This document shows, one piece after another, positions 45,130 through 53,735 of a stretch of DNA of 54,147 nucleotides. How positions within the stretch are numbered: position 1 is the first letter of the stretch; every line of letters starts with the position of its first letter. Source of the DNA: a virus (Duplodnaviria; Caudoviricetes). A program made the position numbers and the translations under genes. Location of the stretch: positions 1 through 54,147 of the IMG/VR virus record IMGVR_UViG_3300043418_000125. The stretch is one strand, 5' to 3'. A model generated the notes under the pieces. That model saw only the letters and a program-made list of their open reading frames with translations. It ran no database searches and was not told the DNA's origin.

Positions 45130-45588
45130 TCAATCCCCGATAAATTTCGTGTAGAGCCGCTCTGTCTCGTGCCAACCAAGGCGCTCGAAGATTCGACCCA
45201 TGTCCAATGACAGCTTGGTGCCGGTAAACATCTTCTCCACGCCGCGAGCTTTTAAAGTCTTCTCGGCTTCTTTGAAGAGTTTCACCCCGACCATTCCTTT
45301 ACGGTGGTCAGGATGAATGAAGTACATGTCCGTGAATGCGGACAGACTGTTTCGATAATGCAGATGACCCTTCACGATGCTGACGTGATAACCAATCATC
45401 TTTCCCTCGCACCGCGCAACGACCAAATGCAGAGCGCCTTTGTTGGCGATGTCTGCATAGGTTGCGTAATCAGGGTCGAGCGGGATGGTGTCTTTGTTCA
45501 TGGCCACCTCATCCCAGTGCAGGGGCCACAGCGCTTCCATTTCTTTCAGCGCATCAAACCAGTTTTCAACAGCGTAGGTAACAGTCAT
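45130..45588 (-). CDS. GNAT-family acetyltransferase-fold protein
   Basis: GKMIGY...DMYFIHPDHRKGMVGVKLFKEAE...FERLGW. Confidence 0.85.
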   Translation of the reverse strand: MTVTYAVENWFDALKEMEALWPLHWDEVAMNKDTIPLDPDYATYADIANKGALHLVVARCEGKMIGYHVSIVKGHLHYRNSLSAFTDMYFIHPDHRKGMVGVKLFKEAEKTLKARGVEKMFTGTKLSLDMGRIFERLGWHETERLYTKFIGD

Positions 45589-46136
45589 TTGCTCACCTTA
45601 ATGTCAACGATTAAGTGAGTGCGATCTTCTGCGCTGTTGTTGATAACTTCATGCTCTTTGGTGTTGTCGAACCACCAGACTTCGCCGGTCTTCATCTGCA
45701 CCTGTTCATCACCCGCGCGGAACACGCAGCCTGGCTCACTCTTCAAGACGATGTGGAATCGCTCGTAGTACGTGGCAGGAGAGCCTTCATCGCAATGGGG
45801 TCTGATTCGCGAACCTGGCTTGAGCTTGGTAATCAAGCATCGGCCGAGGCGCTCACCTTCGACACGAGCCATCAAACCAAACACGAGTGGTCGTGCTTGG
45901 GGCAGGATGATGAATGGCGCATAGTTAATGCACTCAATCGCATCCATGATTTGAATGTTCGTGGTCGAGGTGTCGATGGGATTGAATCGCAGCCAGATGT
46001 CATCTGCCTCGTCATGCGGAGAGTTCGGGTAGGTGGTTCGCAAATCGTTGCCGTTCCACAAATCCGGATGTAAAGCGAGTGCCACATTCAATGGCGTTAC
46101 ATCTATTCCCTCTGCAATCTTGAGGAAGTTTTTCAT
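45585..46136 (-). CDS. aspartyl/asparaginyl beta-hydroxylase-like 2OG-Fe(II) oxygenase
   Basis: LKPGSRIRPHCD...RFHIVL...GEVWWFDNTKEHEVIN....R.HLIVD (HxD...H). Confidence 0.88.
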   Translation of the reverse strand: MKNFLKIAEGIDVTPLNVALALHPDLWNGNDLRTTYPNSPHDEADDIWLRFNPIDTSTTNIQIMDAIECINYAPFIILPQARPLVFGLMARVEGERLGRCLITKLKPGSRIRPHCDEGSPATYYERFHIVLKSEPGCVFRAGDEQVQMKTGEVWWFDNTKEHEVINNSAEDRTHLIVDIKVSK

Positions 46137-46154
46137 CGGTGTTCTCCAGAAAAG

Positions 46155-46355
46155 TTAATGAGCGTTGATACGCTCAATTATCTCGTTAATCTTGGAAACT
46201 ATTACCGCTAAATCTGTCGTGCCGGTGGGCAGGGGTTTGATTATTTCTCCCCGCACTCCCGTGAGTAACTCGATGTTTTCTTTCATCGGCATCAGGATTC
46301 GCTGGAGAGCGGTATCGCTGATGCCTTGGATGCCAGGAATTGCAGGCTTTTTCAT
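46155..46355 (-). CDS. small tail-associated protein (66 aa from MKKPAIP)
   Basis: ATGA overlap with the nozzle gene; MKENIELLTG.RG. Confidence 0.65.
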   Translation of the reverse strand: MKKPAIPGIQGISDTALQRILMPMKENIELLTGVRGEIIKPLPTGTTDLAVIVSKINEIIERINAH

Positions 46356-48166
46356 ATCGTTGCCAGCTCTTTCGATGTCTCGGCCACCTTGATGAATCGC
46401 AGCGGCACGTTGCCGTTGACCTGAAATTCCCATCGGTCGCACTTAAACCCAGAGGGCAGGCGGAACGGCTGGTGGTTCTTCACGTAGATGGTGGCTCGCA
46501 GCACGCCGTCGCCGTAGATGGTCAACGTGACAAAGCGCTCATCAATCAATGGGATCGGGTTTAGCACCGAGCCGTTGAGCAGCATGGTGTTAATGGGCGT
46601 GTCGTTGACTCGACCCAACAGACCAGAAACAGATGCCCAGATGGCTCTGTTCTTGGCCTTGATGTACTCGATGAAACTCAGCTTGTCCTGGTCGCCGATG
46701 GGGTTCGAGTTCTCGAAGTCGGCATCAATCTGGCCAGCGCCGAGGTTGAGCGGACGGGGGAACACAAAGACCTTCGACTTCCACTCGTAGGGCAAGCCGT
46801 TGTACGGGTCGCTGTCCCACCCCTTGATTTCGCTGTCTTCGCAGACGAAGAGCTTGGCGTTCACAGGGTCGGTGTGAGCAGCGGTCGCGTACAGGTTGGT
46901 CTCTGTCAGCGGCGATGCGGCTTGGTTACGGTCAAGAATCAAACCGCCCTTCTTCTTGTCCGTCTTGTAGAACAGGAAGTAGCGTCCATCCTGCACCTCG
47001 CCCACCATCGAGGATGGGTTGTACAAGGCCCACTCGTCACGAGTGAACAGGTTGCGCGTCACGTTGTCCACCACGCTCGGGCCAATCTTGATGATGCCGT
47101 TGGGTGATGCGTACATGGCGCCCTGCTCGTCGCTCGCGATGGAGCGCTTCGAGACACAGGGTTCGTACAGGGGCAGCTTTTCCTGCGACATGCCAGCAGG
47201 GTTCGAGCCGGTGATGACGAAGGGGTTGCCTTTGGTGCCCACCACCAACGAAGAGCCGTAGGCAGCGAGGCCGACGATGGGGTATTCCACCGCCAGCGCG
47301 TACTCAGGAGGCCATGCGTGAGGCAGGAAAGGCTCCGAGAAGAAGACCTGATTGCCAACGAAGCCAGCCATGATGCCGTTGGCCATGCTGACCAAGCCGC
47401 GCAAGCCGTCAGGTGGAGGCGCCCATGTGGTTGAAGGCAGCGAACCACCCAAGGCCACAGCACTCAGGCTGTCGGAGTAGCTGGTCGTGCCAATCGAAAC
47501 GTCTGCCACCTTGAGGAATGAGGTCGCCGAGGTACCAGTCACCGAGCGGTACACGCGCACCTTGGTGATGTTGTACTTGCCGAACGGAGCGGCGGACGGC
47601 AGGCCGGAGACCACCACGGTACCTCCTGGGCTGACCGTGACCTGGCTGGACACGGGTGATGGCCCCGACTCTTCCTCAATCGTCCCGAACATCGAGATGT
47701 AGGTGTAGAGGTAGACACGGTTCTCAGACGTGCCAGAACCGCCCGAGGCGGACACGGTAGGGGCCGAGGCAGGGTTGGGTACACCCATGAGCAAATAGTC
47801 GCCAGGAAACGGGCCTGAGCCAGTTTCAGCCAGCGCGGCATTGGTCTTCTTGGGCTTGCCGTCACCAGAGCCGGTGTAGTACAGAGGGCTACCGCTGTCG
47901 TAAATGGGGCCAGCGGCCACGTCCACGTCGTCAGCGAAGGTCAGCCACAAGTCGTCACCGGCGCTGTTCAGCGTGCGGTAGATGGTCAGCGGGACAAACG
48001 AGGTGATGAGGCGGCGCGGGTCAAGGATGCCTGGGCGCTGCCACGAACGAACCTCGTTGCTGTACAACTTGGTATTGATGGCCTTCTGGGCCTCGCTCTC
48101 CTGCAACAGATACGGGCTTTGGCGTGGCACGAAGCCAGCAAAGCCTTGCAGTTTGATTCCGGCCAT
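46352..48166 (-). CDS. tail nozzle/tubular protein B-like stabilisation protein
   Basis: 604 aa, beta-rich; FSEPFLPHAWP..Y, CVSKRS, MYASPNG, WKSK.F, PFRLPSG. Confidence 0.75.
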   Translation of the reverse strand: MAGIKLQGFAGFVPRQSPYLLQESEAQKAINTKLYSNEVRSWQRPGILDPRRLITSFVPLTIYRTLNSAGDDLWLTFADDVDVAAGPIYDSGSPLYYTGSGDGKPKKTNAALAETGSGPFPGDYLLMGVPNPASAPTVSASGGSGTSENRVYLYTYISMFGTIEEESGPSPVSSQVTVSPGGTVVVSGLPSAAPFGKYNITKVRVYRSVTGTSATSFLKVADVSIGTTSYSDSLSAVALGGSLPSTTWAPPPDGLRGLVSMANGIMAGFVGNQVFFSEPFLPHAWPPEYALAVEYPIVGLAAYGSSLVVGTKGNPFVITGSNPAGMSQEKLPLYEPCVSKRSIASDEQGAMYASPNGIIKIGPSVVDNVTRNLFTRDEWALYNPSSMVGEVQDGRYFLFYKTDKKKGGLILDRNQAASPLTETNLYATAAHTDPVNAKLFVCEDSEIKGWDSDPYNGLPYEWKSKVFVFPRPLNLGAGQIDADFENSNPIGDQDKLSFIEYIKAKNRAIWASVSGLLGRVNDTPINTMLLNGSVLNPIPLIDERFVTLTIYGDGVLRATIYVKNHQPFRLPSGFKCDRWEFQVNGNVPLRFIKVAETSKELATI

Positions 48167-48182
48167 CTGTGTTCCTGTCTAG

Positions 48183-48653
48183 TTAAGCTGTGGCGAATTG
48201 TCGTGCGTACTCGTCGGCAGACAGCAAGCCTTGCGCGTATTTGTTTTGTGGACGGAAGATGGTGAGCTTCTGGCCGCGCATCTCAGGGGCAAACGAGATG
48301 TGAGTCCAGCGTGCGTACTCGTGAATCATCTGGTCGAACTTGATGCCCGATGCTTCGATGGCCTTGCATACAGCCAAGGGGTCGCCAAAGCCAGCGCATG
48401 TGAAGTCGATGGCCCAACCATCCATGTGTGAGGAAACCTTCGATCCGCCCACTGCGACGTTCACGTCGGGAAGGCGCAGCCACGAGTTCACGTGGATCGA
48501 CTTGCCCAACAGAGCGCGAATCTGTTCCATGCCAGCAGCAGCGTGCTTCATGTTCTCAAACTGCAACGTGCTTGGCTGATTGCTGATTCCCATGCGGACA
48601 GCAGTCTCAGAGTAAGTGGCTTCTTCGAGGGTGAAGTGTTCGGAGAGGTTCAT
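48183..48653 (-). CDS. endolysin, peptidase M15A-like
   Basis: LSEHFTLEE...NSWLR...VGG...SSHMDGWAIDF...FDQMIHEY..WTHISF. Confidence 0.9.
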   Translation of the reverse strand: MNLSEHFTLEEATYSETAVRMGISNQPSTLQFENMKHAAAGMEQIRALLGKSIHVNSWLRLPDVNVAVGGSKVSSHMDGWAIDFTCAGFGDPLAVCKAIEASGIKFDQMIHEYARWTHISFAPEMRGQKLTIFRPQNKYAQGLLSADEYARQFATA

Positions 48654-49147
48654 TTGTGCAGCGCCTTCATTGCGTCGGTTTTGTCCTTGCTGCCCTGGCT
48701 GGAGCCAAAGTAGAAGCCAAGGACTTGGGTGGCCGCGCTGGTGATGAAGCCGAGCGCGTAGATGATGATGTTTTCTTGCGAGTCGGGGATGTTCGCGAAG
48801 ATGAGCAAGCCGATCAAAAAGAAGGCCAAGCCCACGGTGCCGAGCGCCAGAATGGGTGGGGTCAGCTTCTCAAGGATATGGGCGTTCGCGCTGGTGGCGA
48901 TGGCGGTGTGCGCGGCGCGCGCGCTGTCGCGGTCGGCGTTCTCGAGCTTGAGCTTCTCAAGGTCAATCTCAGCCAGCTTGGCGGCAGCTTCGGGATCGCG
49001 TGCCACAGCGGTGGCCACAGCCTCAACCGTGTCAGCCACACCGAGCTTGTCAGCCATTGCCTTGACGGCCGCGCCACCCAACGGGCCAGCCACCACGGTG
49101 GCCAGCGCGGGTGCTGCGCTCTTCAACAAATCAAGTAGCTTGTCCAT
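48650..49147 (-). CDS. holin-like membrane protein (165 aa from MDKLLD)
   Basis: APALATVVAGPLGG...DRDSAR...two TMs...FYFGSS.GSKDK; adjacent to the endolysin. Confidence 0.75.
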   Translation of the reverse strand: MDKLLDLLKSAAPALATVVAGPLGGAAVKAMADKLGVADTVEAVATAVARDPEAAAKLAEIDLEKLKLENADRDSARAAHTAIATSANAHILEKLTPPILALGTVGLAFFLIGLLIFANIPDSQENIIIYALGFITSAATQVLGFYFGSSQGSKDKTDAMKALHK

Positions 49148-49445
49148 TGCTGTCGCCAGTTGTGTCTTTGGGAGCGGTGCTACCGCCTTTGCGTCCGGAG
49201 ATGGCACCCATTGCACCAACGCCCATGAAGGCGATGGCTTTCAAGATTTCGAGGAACACGGCGTCGATAGGCGCGAGGGTCGAGTCTTCCGGTACAAAAG
49301 CCACGGAGTACAAGATGCCGAAGGCGATGCCCAACACCATGACGGTGATTGCGCGAACCACGAACGACCATGTGCGGACTTCGATTTCGTCTTCGGTCAA
49401 ACGATTAGTTGGACGTGTCATCCACAGTTGAATTAGCTCTTTCAT
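49131..49445 (-). CDS. 2-TM lysis-module membrane protein
   Basis: TEDEIEVRTWSFVV + TM + LAPID + TM + basic tail. Confidence 0.65.
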   Translation of the reverse strand: MKELIQLWMTRPTNRLTEDEIEVRTWSFVVRAITVMVLGIAFGILYSVAFVPEDSTLAPIDAVFLEILKAIAFMGVGAMGAISGRKGGSTAPKDTTGDSNGQAT

Positions 49446-49728
49446 GCAAGTCTTTCCTTAGTTGCGATTTCAGATTTTTAAGCTCACGAATCTCCTGTCG
49501 CACCTCTGCGCGGATACGCAGATGGTCGATGTAGATGAGTGCTGAGATGGGTAGTGCGAGGAAGATGACGAACGACAGAACAACGACACCGACTACAAAC
49601 CAGTGTGTGTCCTCACGAGCCATCCGAGTGACAGTAGAAAGCCCCACATCCACAGAACCACCAGCAGGACTAGAGCCGAAGCCACCGCCCTGTCGATTCG
49701 ATGGTTGCGTAGGAGTTCTCGTTGCCAC
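49405..49728 (-). CDS. single-TM protein with coiled coil (start uncertain: GTG 49728 or ATG 49623)
   Basis: TM WFVVGVVVLSFVIFLALPISALIY followed by a coiled coil. Confidence 0.6.
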   Translation of the reverse strand: MATRTPTQPSNRQGGGFGSSPAGGSVDVGLSTVTRMAREDTHWFVVGVVVLSFVIFLALPISALIYIDHLRIRAEVRQEIRELKNLKSQLRKDLHERANSTVDDTSN

Positions 49729-50369
49729 TTCTTGTCACGTACTTTCTTCGCAGCCAATAGGCGTGCGACTTCCTGTTCCTCAAGAATGAGGTCGTACATC
49801 TTGAGGAACTGTCGGTAGAGGTCTCCGAGGCCGAGCTTCTCAGGCGTGCCGTAGATCATTGCGTGGCTGACCTGGGCTTGCATCTCCTGCATCTGCCACT
49901 CGATTTCAATTCGGTCGAGTGCGCTGTCGGCAACCTTGTCTGTTGTCTTTGACTGTTCCTCGAGAACTCGGCAGTGCGCCCTTAGCTCTCGGAAGATTTC
50001 AAAGAGGACTTTGAGGTTGGCGAAGATGTCGTGAACAGCCTTGGCCTTGTACTCTTCATAGGTCTGCTCAGGCTCAGGCTCGCGCTTCACCTTCTTTGGT
50101 TTGGTAGCCTCATTGATGAGGGCACCATCCGCTACGGGTGCGGCTTGAGGAGCTGGCGTTGGCTTTGCAGGCTTGACGCCAAACAGACCTTGTATCCATG
50201 ACCAGAAGCCAGAGACCTCATTGAAGATGGCCTTCGCATCTGCGACGCCACCCTCAACAGACTTCTTGAACTTCTGGATTTCAGCCTTGCCTTCGGAGAG
50301 AAGCTCGCAACCCTTTCGGACTGCTGCCACGGCAGCTTGTGCCGCCATGAGAAGGCTGATTGGATCCAT
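49593..50369 (-). CDS. helical protein with C-terminal TM anchor in the lysis module
   Basis: 258 aa; MDPISLLMAAQAAV..VRKGCELL.EG; C-terminal hydrophobic helix. Confidence 0.7.
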   Translation of the reverse strand: MDPISLLMAAQAAVAAVRKGCELLSEGKAEIQKFKKSVEGGVADAKAIFNEVSGFWSWIQGLFGVKPAKPTPAPQAAPVADGALINEATKPKKVKREPEPEQTYEEYKAKAVHDIFANLKVLFEIFRELRAHCRVLEEQSKTTDKVADSALDRIEIEWQMQEMQAQVSHAMIYGTPEKLGLGDLYRQFLKMYDLILEEQEVARLLAAKKVRDKKWQRELLRNHRIDRAVASALVLLVVLWMWGFLLSLGWLVRTHTGL

Positions 50370-50370
50370 G

Positions 50371-50646
50371 TCAACTCATCGTCTTGTCTGCTTTAGAGTC
50401 CAGGCGATCAAAGATTTGGTGGAGCATCGACTTGATTTCACGGACATCCTCGCGGTAGTCATCCTTGCGAACAAAGTTCTCAGGAGCGAAATCATCTTTC
50501 GACACGTACAGCCTTGGGAGCTGGTCGATTTTGTCTTCTAGCTTTTGAATGCGCTGCGTGATGGTGTTGATGACATACACAGCGAGAAAGCCAGCGACCA
50601 CAACAACGATGTTGAAGATTTGTTGGTACATGCCACTCTCGGTCAT
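50371..50646 (-). CDS. single-TM coiled-coil protein (holin/antiholin-like)
   Basis: YQQIFNIVVVVAGFLAVYVI...LPRLYV.KDD...IFDRLDSKADK. Confidence 0.65.
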   Translation of the reverse strand: MTESGMYQQIFNIVVVVAGFLAVYVINTITQRIQKLEDKIDQLPRLYVSKDDFAPENFVRKDDYREDVREIKSMLHQIFDRLDSKADKTMS

Positions 50647-50819
50647 CAGGCGCTTTCTGGTGTATCGGCTGGTTCTGGTGTGTTGCCTTCAGCAAGCCAT
50701 CTCAAATAGGCTTGGTAGTCTGTGTTGGCGGGGTCGAATGGGATGCTATTTACTGCAATACCATTAACCACTTCACTGATTGCAGATGCGTGTTGCACTA
50801 GTTTATAAGTCTTGCTCAT
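50646..50819 (-). CDS. 57-aa fibre-associated small protein (not in ORF track)
   Basis: MSKTYKL...SIPFDPANTDYQAYLRWLAEGNTPEPAD; TGATG coupling at both ends. Confidence 0.75.
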   Translation of the reverse strand: MSKTYKLVQHASAISEVVNGIAVNSIPFDPANTDYQAYLRWLAEGNTPEPADTPESA

Positions 50820-51763
50820 CAAAGCTCCGTTCCGGTTGATTCAAATAAGACGGAAACAGCGTAAACATCTCCAGTGCCTGCGGCACTCAAGTTGTAGTAG
50901 CCGGAATTAACTGAATCTGCAATAAGTTGACCATAAGGATTTGGCGCATACACGTTGGCCTGTGCGGACGGTCCGCTTACACGACTCCATGTTGGGAGAG
51001 CTCGCATTGGCGCCCACGATGCAGCGCAAGTCACGGCGTAGGCAGCCCCCATGGAATAACCACGAGCAGAAACATGCAAGCGTTGGTAATACCGCTGACA
51101 CAAAGCCAACTCGAGACCAACAAAACGATTCTCAAATGTCGGCGCGATGATGGCGCCCTTTTCGAGTTGCAAGTCGGTGATGCAGAAATTCTTGCTGGTG
51201 CAAGTAATCGGGTTGGCGGAGTAAACCTCAACCATCAAACCGTTGGCCGCATCGGTCGAGCCGAGCGTGAACACCGCGCTGAATGGAACCACCACGCCAG
51301 ATGGAACAGAGATAGCACTGCCCGTTTGAATGGCCGTGATGCCACCCCCAAAGTTGTCCACTGCGTTGGCTTTGCTCAGGCGGGGCACAAACTGTTGAGT
51401 GCTGCCAGTGTCTTGGTACAGCAAGCCGCTGACGGTGACGTTCTTGCCACTCAGGTCAATGCCGTTTTGCGCTTCCATGCGCTGACACCAGTACGGCACG
51501 CCGTTGGTCATGCTGCCGGTAATGTAGTGAGCCAGGCCACTCGAGGAGCCGCCAAATGCCGACTTAAACAAGTTGACGTTGATGCCGGTACCGGACACCA
51601 CACCTGCCAGGAAGCGGTCTGTTCCGTAGGCGGGGGTAGTCGTGGTGACGTTGACTACGCCGCGCTGCCCGATGATGGCGTTGCCATTGATGAGTCGGTT
51701 GCGGAACGAAATGCCACCGCTGGCCATCGACCCGATGTTTGCAAGGTCTCTTGCTTTTGTCAT
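50819..51763 (-). CDS. tail fibre / receptor-binding protein
   Basis: MTKARDLA N-terminus; FRNRLINGN..I.QRG...DRF...QLEKG...TFE.R...ELALCQRYY carbohydrate-binding-like module. Confidence 0.75.
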   Translation of the reverse strand: MTKARDLANIGSMASGGISFRNRLINGNAIIGQRGVVNVTTTTPAYGTDRFLAGVVSGTGINVNLFKSAFGGSSSGLAHYITGSMTNGVPYWCQRMEAQNGIDLSGKNVTVSGLLYQDTGSTQQFVPRLSKANAVDNFGGGITAIQTGSAISVPSGVVVPFSAVFTLGSTDAANGLMVEVYSANPITCTSKNFCITDLQLEKGAIIAPTFENRFVGLELALCQRYYQRLHVSARGYSMGAAYAVTCAASWAPMRALPTWSRVSGPSAQANVYAPNPYGQLIADSVNSGYYNLSAAGTGDVYAVSVLFESTGTEL

Positions 51764-51772
51764 GGGAACTCC

Positions 51773-51801
51773 AAAAAAAATCCGCCCTCATGGAGCGGAT
51801 C
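51773..51801 (-). terminator. intrinsic terminator between tail cassettes
   Basis: GATCCGCTC-CATGA-GGGCGGATT followed by a T-run. Confidence 0.75.
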
Positions 51802-51854
51802 GCCAATCTGTTTAACTCACCAGCCAGAGCTTGCGCTCCAGCGTTGGTGTGTCG

Positions 51855-52034
51855 TTACTGTGTCACCGAGGTGAGCTGCTCTGCGGTTGGTTGTGCGAGC
51901 GTTGGATGATTCCAGGCTGCAATGTAGTCACCACGACCATCGCTGTCGTTTTGCAAGCGGATGGTGTCCATGAAGTCTGCGTCTTGCAGTTCAGGGTAAA
52001 TTGCTTTGATTTTTTCGTAGAGTGTTGTCATCAT
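51855..52034 (-). CDS. XkdW-like small tail protein, copy 1
   Basis: TLYEKIKAIYPEL...IRLQNDSDGRGDYIAAWNHPTLAQPT. Confidence 0.75.
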   Translation of the reverse strand: MMTTLYEKIKAIYPELQDADFMDTIRLQNDSDGRGDYIAAWNHPTLAQPTAEQLTSVTQ

Positions 52035-52804
52035 GCTGCCCTTACCATTGATGCTTGGAACCATGTTGCACTTACAGTGCCTGTAAAGGTTGTAGATGTC
52101 CCACCTGACTGATACCCATACAGTTCAACATAATCGGTTGAACCGTTAAAATATATTAGCGCCGATACCGTAGAGGATGTGCCGTTTGCGTTATAGCCAA
52201 CAACCATTCCGTCTTTAAATCTTGTTCCGTTTTTGTATATTGTTGTGATGCAAATACCAGCCGTACCTGACCCATAACTAGCGCTACCGTCAACTTGATA
52301 GTAGCCTGCAACCGTAGGTGTAAAACGATAATTTGTGGAATTGTCGTAATTTGAATTTGTATCAAATTCTTCAACATTGCATTGCACTTTAGTAAAAGTT
52401 GCGTTAGTAATACTTTGCGAACTATTTAAATAAGCGCTAAACGCAGGGCCATTACCAGCCACGTTTGCAGCCAGCTTGGCTTGGGTGACGTTGGCATCAA
52501 CAATCTTTGCGGTTGTGACCGAGCCGTTCGCAGGAGTTGCGTTCGACAAGCTCGACACGCCGTAGGCGATGATGCGAACCAGATCGCCAATGCCAGCGCC
52601 AACAGCCAAACGAACCAATGCGCCGTCTGTTGCAGTGAAGTCTGCGCTGCCCAGGTCGTTGCCGTTCAGCTCGACGTCAAGGAAGTTCGCACCCACGGTA
52701 TAGCCACCAGGCGGATAGAAGTCTGTCTTACCAGCGACAGTGACGACTTCCTCATAGATGAGGCGGTTCGTCTGTACGACAGGCGGGTTGCCGATATAAC
52801 TCAT
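52031..52804 (-). CDS. tail protein with C-terminal C1q-like domain
   Basis: MSYIGNPP; GPAFSAY...TKV....EEFDT..NYD...RFTPTVAGYYQV...NGSTDYVELY. Confidence 0.75.
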   Translation of the reverse strand: MSYIGNPPVVQTNRLIYEEVVTVAGKTDFYPPGGYTVGANFLDVELNGNDLGSADFTATDGALVRLAVGAGIGDLVRIIAYGVSSLSNATPANGSVTTAKIVDANVTQAKLAANVAGNGPAFSAYLNSSQSITNATFTKVQCNVEEFDTNSNYDNSTNYRFTPTVAGYYQVDGSASYGSGTAGICITTIYKNGTRFKDGMVVGYNANGTSSTVSALIYFNGSTDYVELYGYQSGGTSTTFTGTVSATWFQASMVRAA

Positions 52805-52814
52805 GGGTTACTCC

Positions 52815-52842
52815 AAAAAAACAAAACCCGCCGAAGCGGGTC
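52815..52842 (-). terminator. intrinsic terminator between tail cassettes
   Basis: GACCCGC-TTCG-GCGGGTT-TTGTTTTTTT. Confidence 0.8.
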
Positions 52843-52908
52843 GATGCAACGGATGGGCCATCCGGTGCAGGTTCAATGTTGGCGCGGCTTACGCGCCTTG
52901 GTGTGACG

Positions 52909-53082
52909 TTATTGTGTCACTGCTGCGAGCTGCTCTGCGGTCGGCTGTGCAAGCGTTGGATGGTTCCAGGCTGCGATGTAATCGCCGCGCTCATCGAGGT
53001 CGTTTTGCAAACGAATCAATTCCCTGAAATCTTCATTTTGCAATTCAGGATAAAGTGCTTTGATTTTTTCATAGAGCGTCAT
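52909..53082 (-). CDS. XkdW-like small tail protein, copy 2 (57 aa, not in ORF track)
   Basis: MTLYEKIKALYPELQNEDFRELIRLQNDLDERGDYIAAWNHPTLAQPTAEQLAAVTQ; TAATG coupling. Confidence 0.78.
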   Translation of the reverse strand: MTLYEKIKALYPELQNEDFRELIRLQNDLDERGDYIAAWNHPTLAQPTAEQLAAVTQ

Positions 53083-53723
53083 TATGGGAGCCTTACAAGT
53101 GAAGCAGAAAATGCAGCTTGTGCAGTGTATGTGGTCGCAACGCCGCCGGTTAACTGGTAGAAGTACACTTCCAAGTAGTCAGTGGTACCGTTCATATAAA
53201 CAAGCGCGGAGCCAGCCGACCACCATCCAATAGCGTCAGAACCGGCTCTGTATAGACCACCGTTCTTGAATAAGCCAGCATACTTCTCCGCCTGCGATGT
53301 GCAACCTGCACTCCAATTTACTTGGTAGTACCCTGCAATCGTTGGCTGAAACGCATAGGCTGGACATGAGCCAACGGCACTAGCTGTATTGTTGTAGAAG
53401 GAATTGGTGTCAAAGTCTTCGACTTGAAAGGCGACCTTCGTGAACACGTTATTGTTTACCGACGTCCCCACGTTAGCGTAAGCGCTGAAAGCAGGCCCGT
53501 TTCCGACTACGTTTGCAGCGAGCTTAGCCTGTGTGACAAATCCATCTGCAACCTTTGCTCGTCCAGCGGCATCGGCCGTGAAGAAGCCATCTGCGAATTT
53601 CGCAAGGCCAGTCGCGCCAACAGCAAAAATGCCATTGAGTAGCTTTGACAGAGATACGGTACCGTCAGCTAGTTGCTGACCAGAGGTAACTTGGTCAGCG
53701 GGTTTCTTTCCAATCCAAGACAT
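53082..53723 (-). CDS. tail protein with C-terminal C1q-like domain, paralog of 52031..52804
   Basis: MSWIGKKP; VTQAKLAANVVGNGPAFSAY...AFQPTIAGYYQV...NGTTDYLEVY. Confidence 0.75.
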   Translation of the reverse strand: MSWIGKKPADQVTSGQQLADGTVSLSKLLNGIFAVGATGLAKFADGFFTADAAGRAKVADGFVTQAKLAANVVGNGPAFSAYANVGTSVNNNVFTKVAFQVEDFDTNSFYNNTASAVGSCPAYAFQPTIAGYYQVNWSAGCTSQAEKYAGLFKNGGLYRAGSDAIGWWSAGSALVYMNGTTDYLEVYFYQLTGGVATTYTAQAAFSASLVRLP

Positions 53724-53735
53724 AAGCGTCCCCTA

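Noticed and set aside
50819-53723. Diversity-generating retroelement or invertible tail-fibre switch
   Set aside because: No reverse transcriptase or invertase in the genome; the paralogs are direct repeats that differ at all base types, not only at adenines
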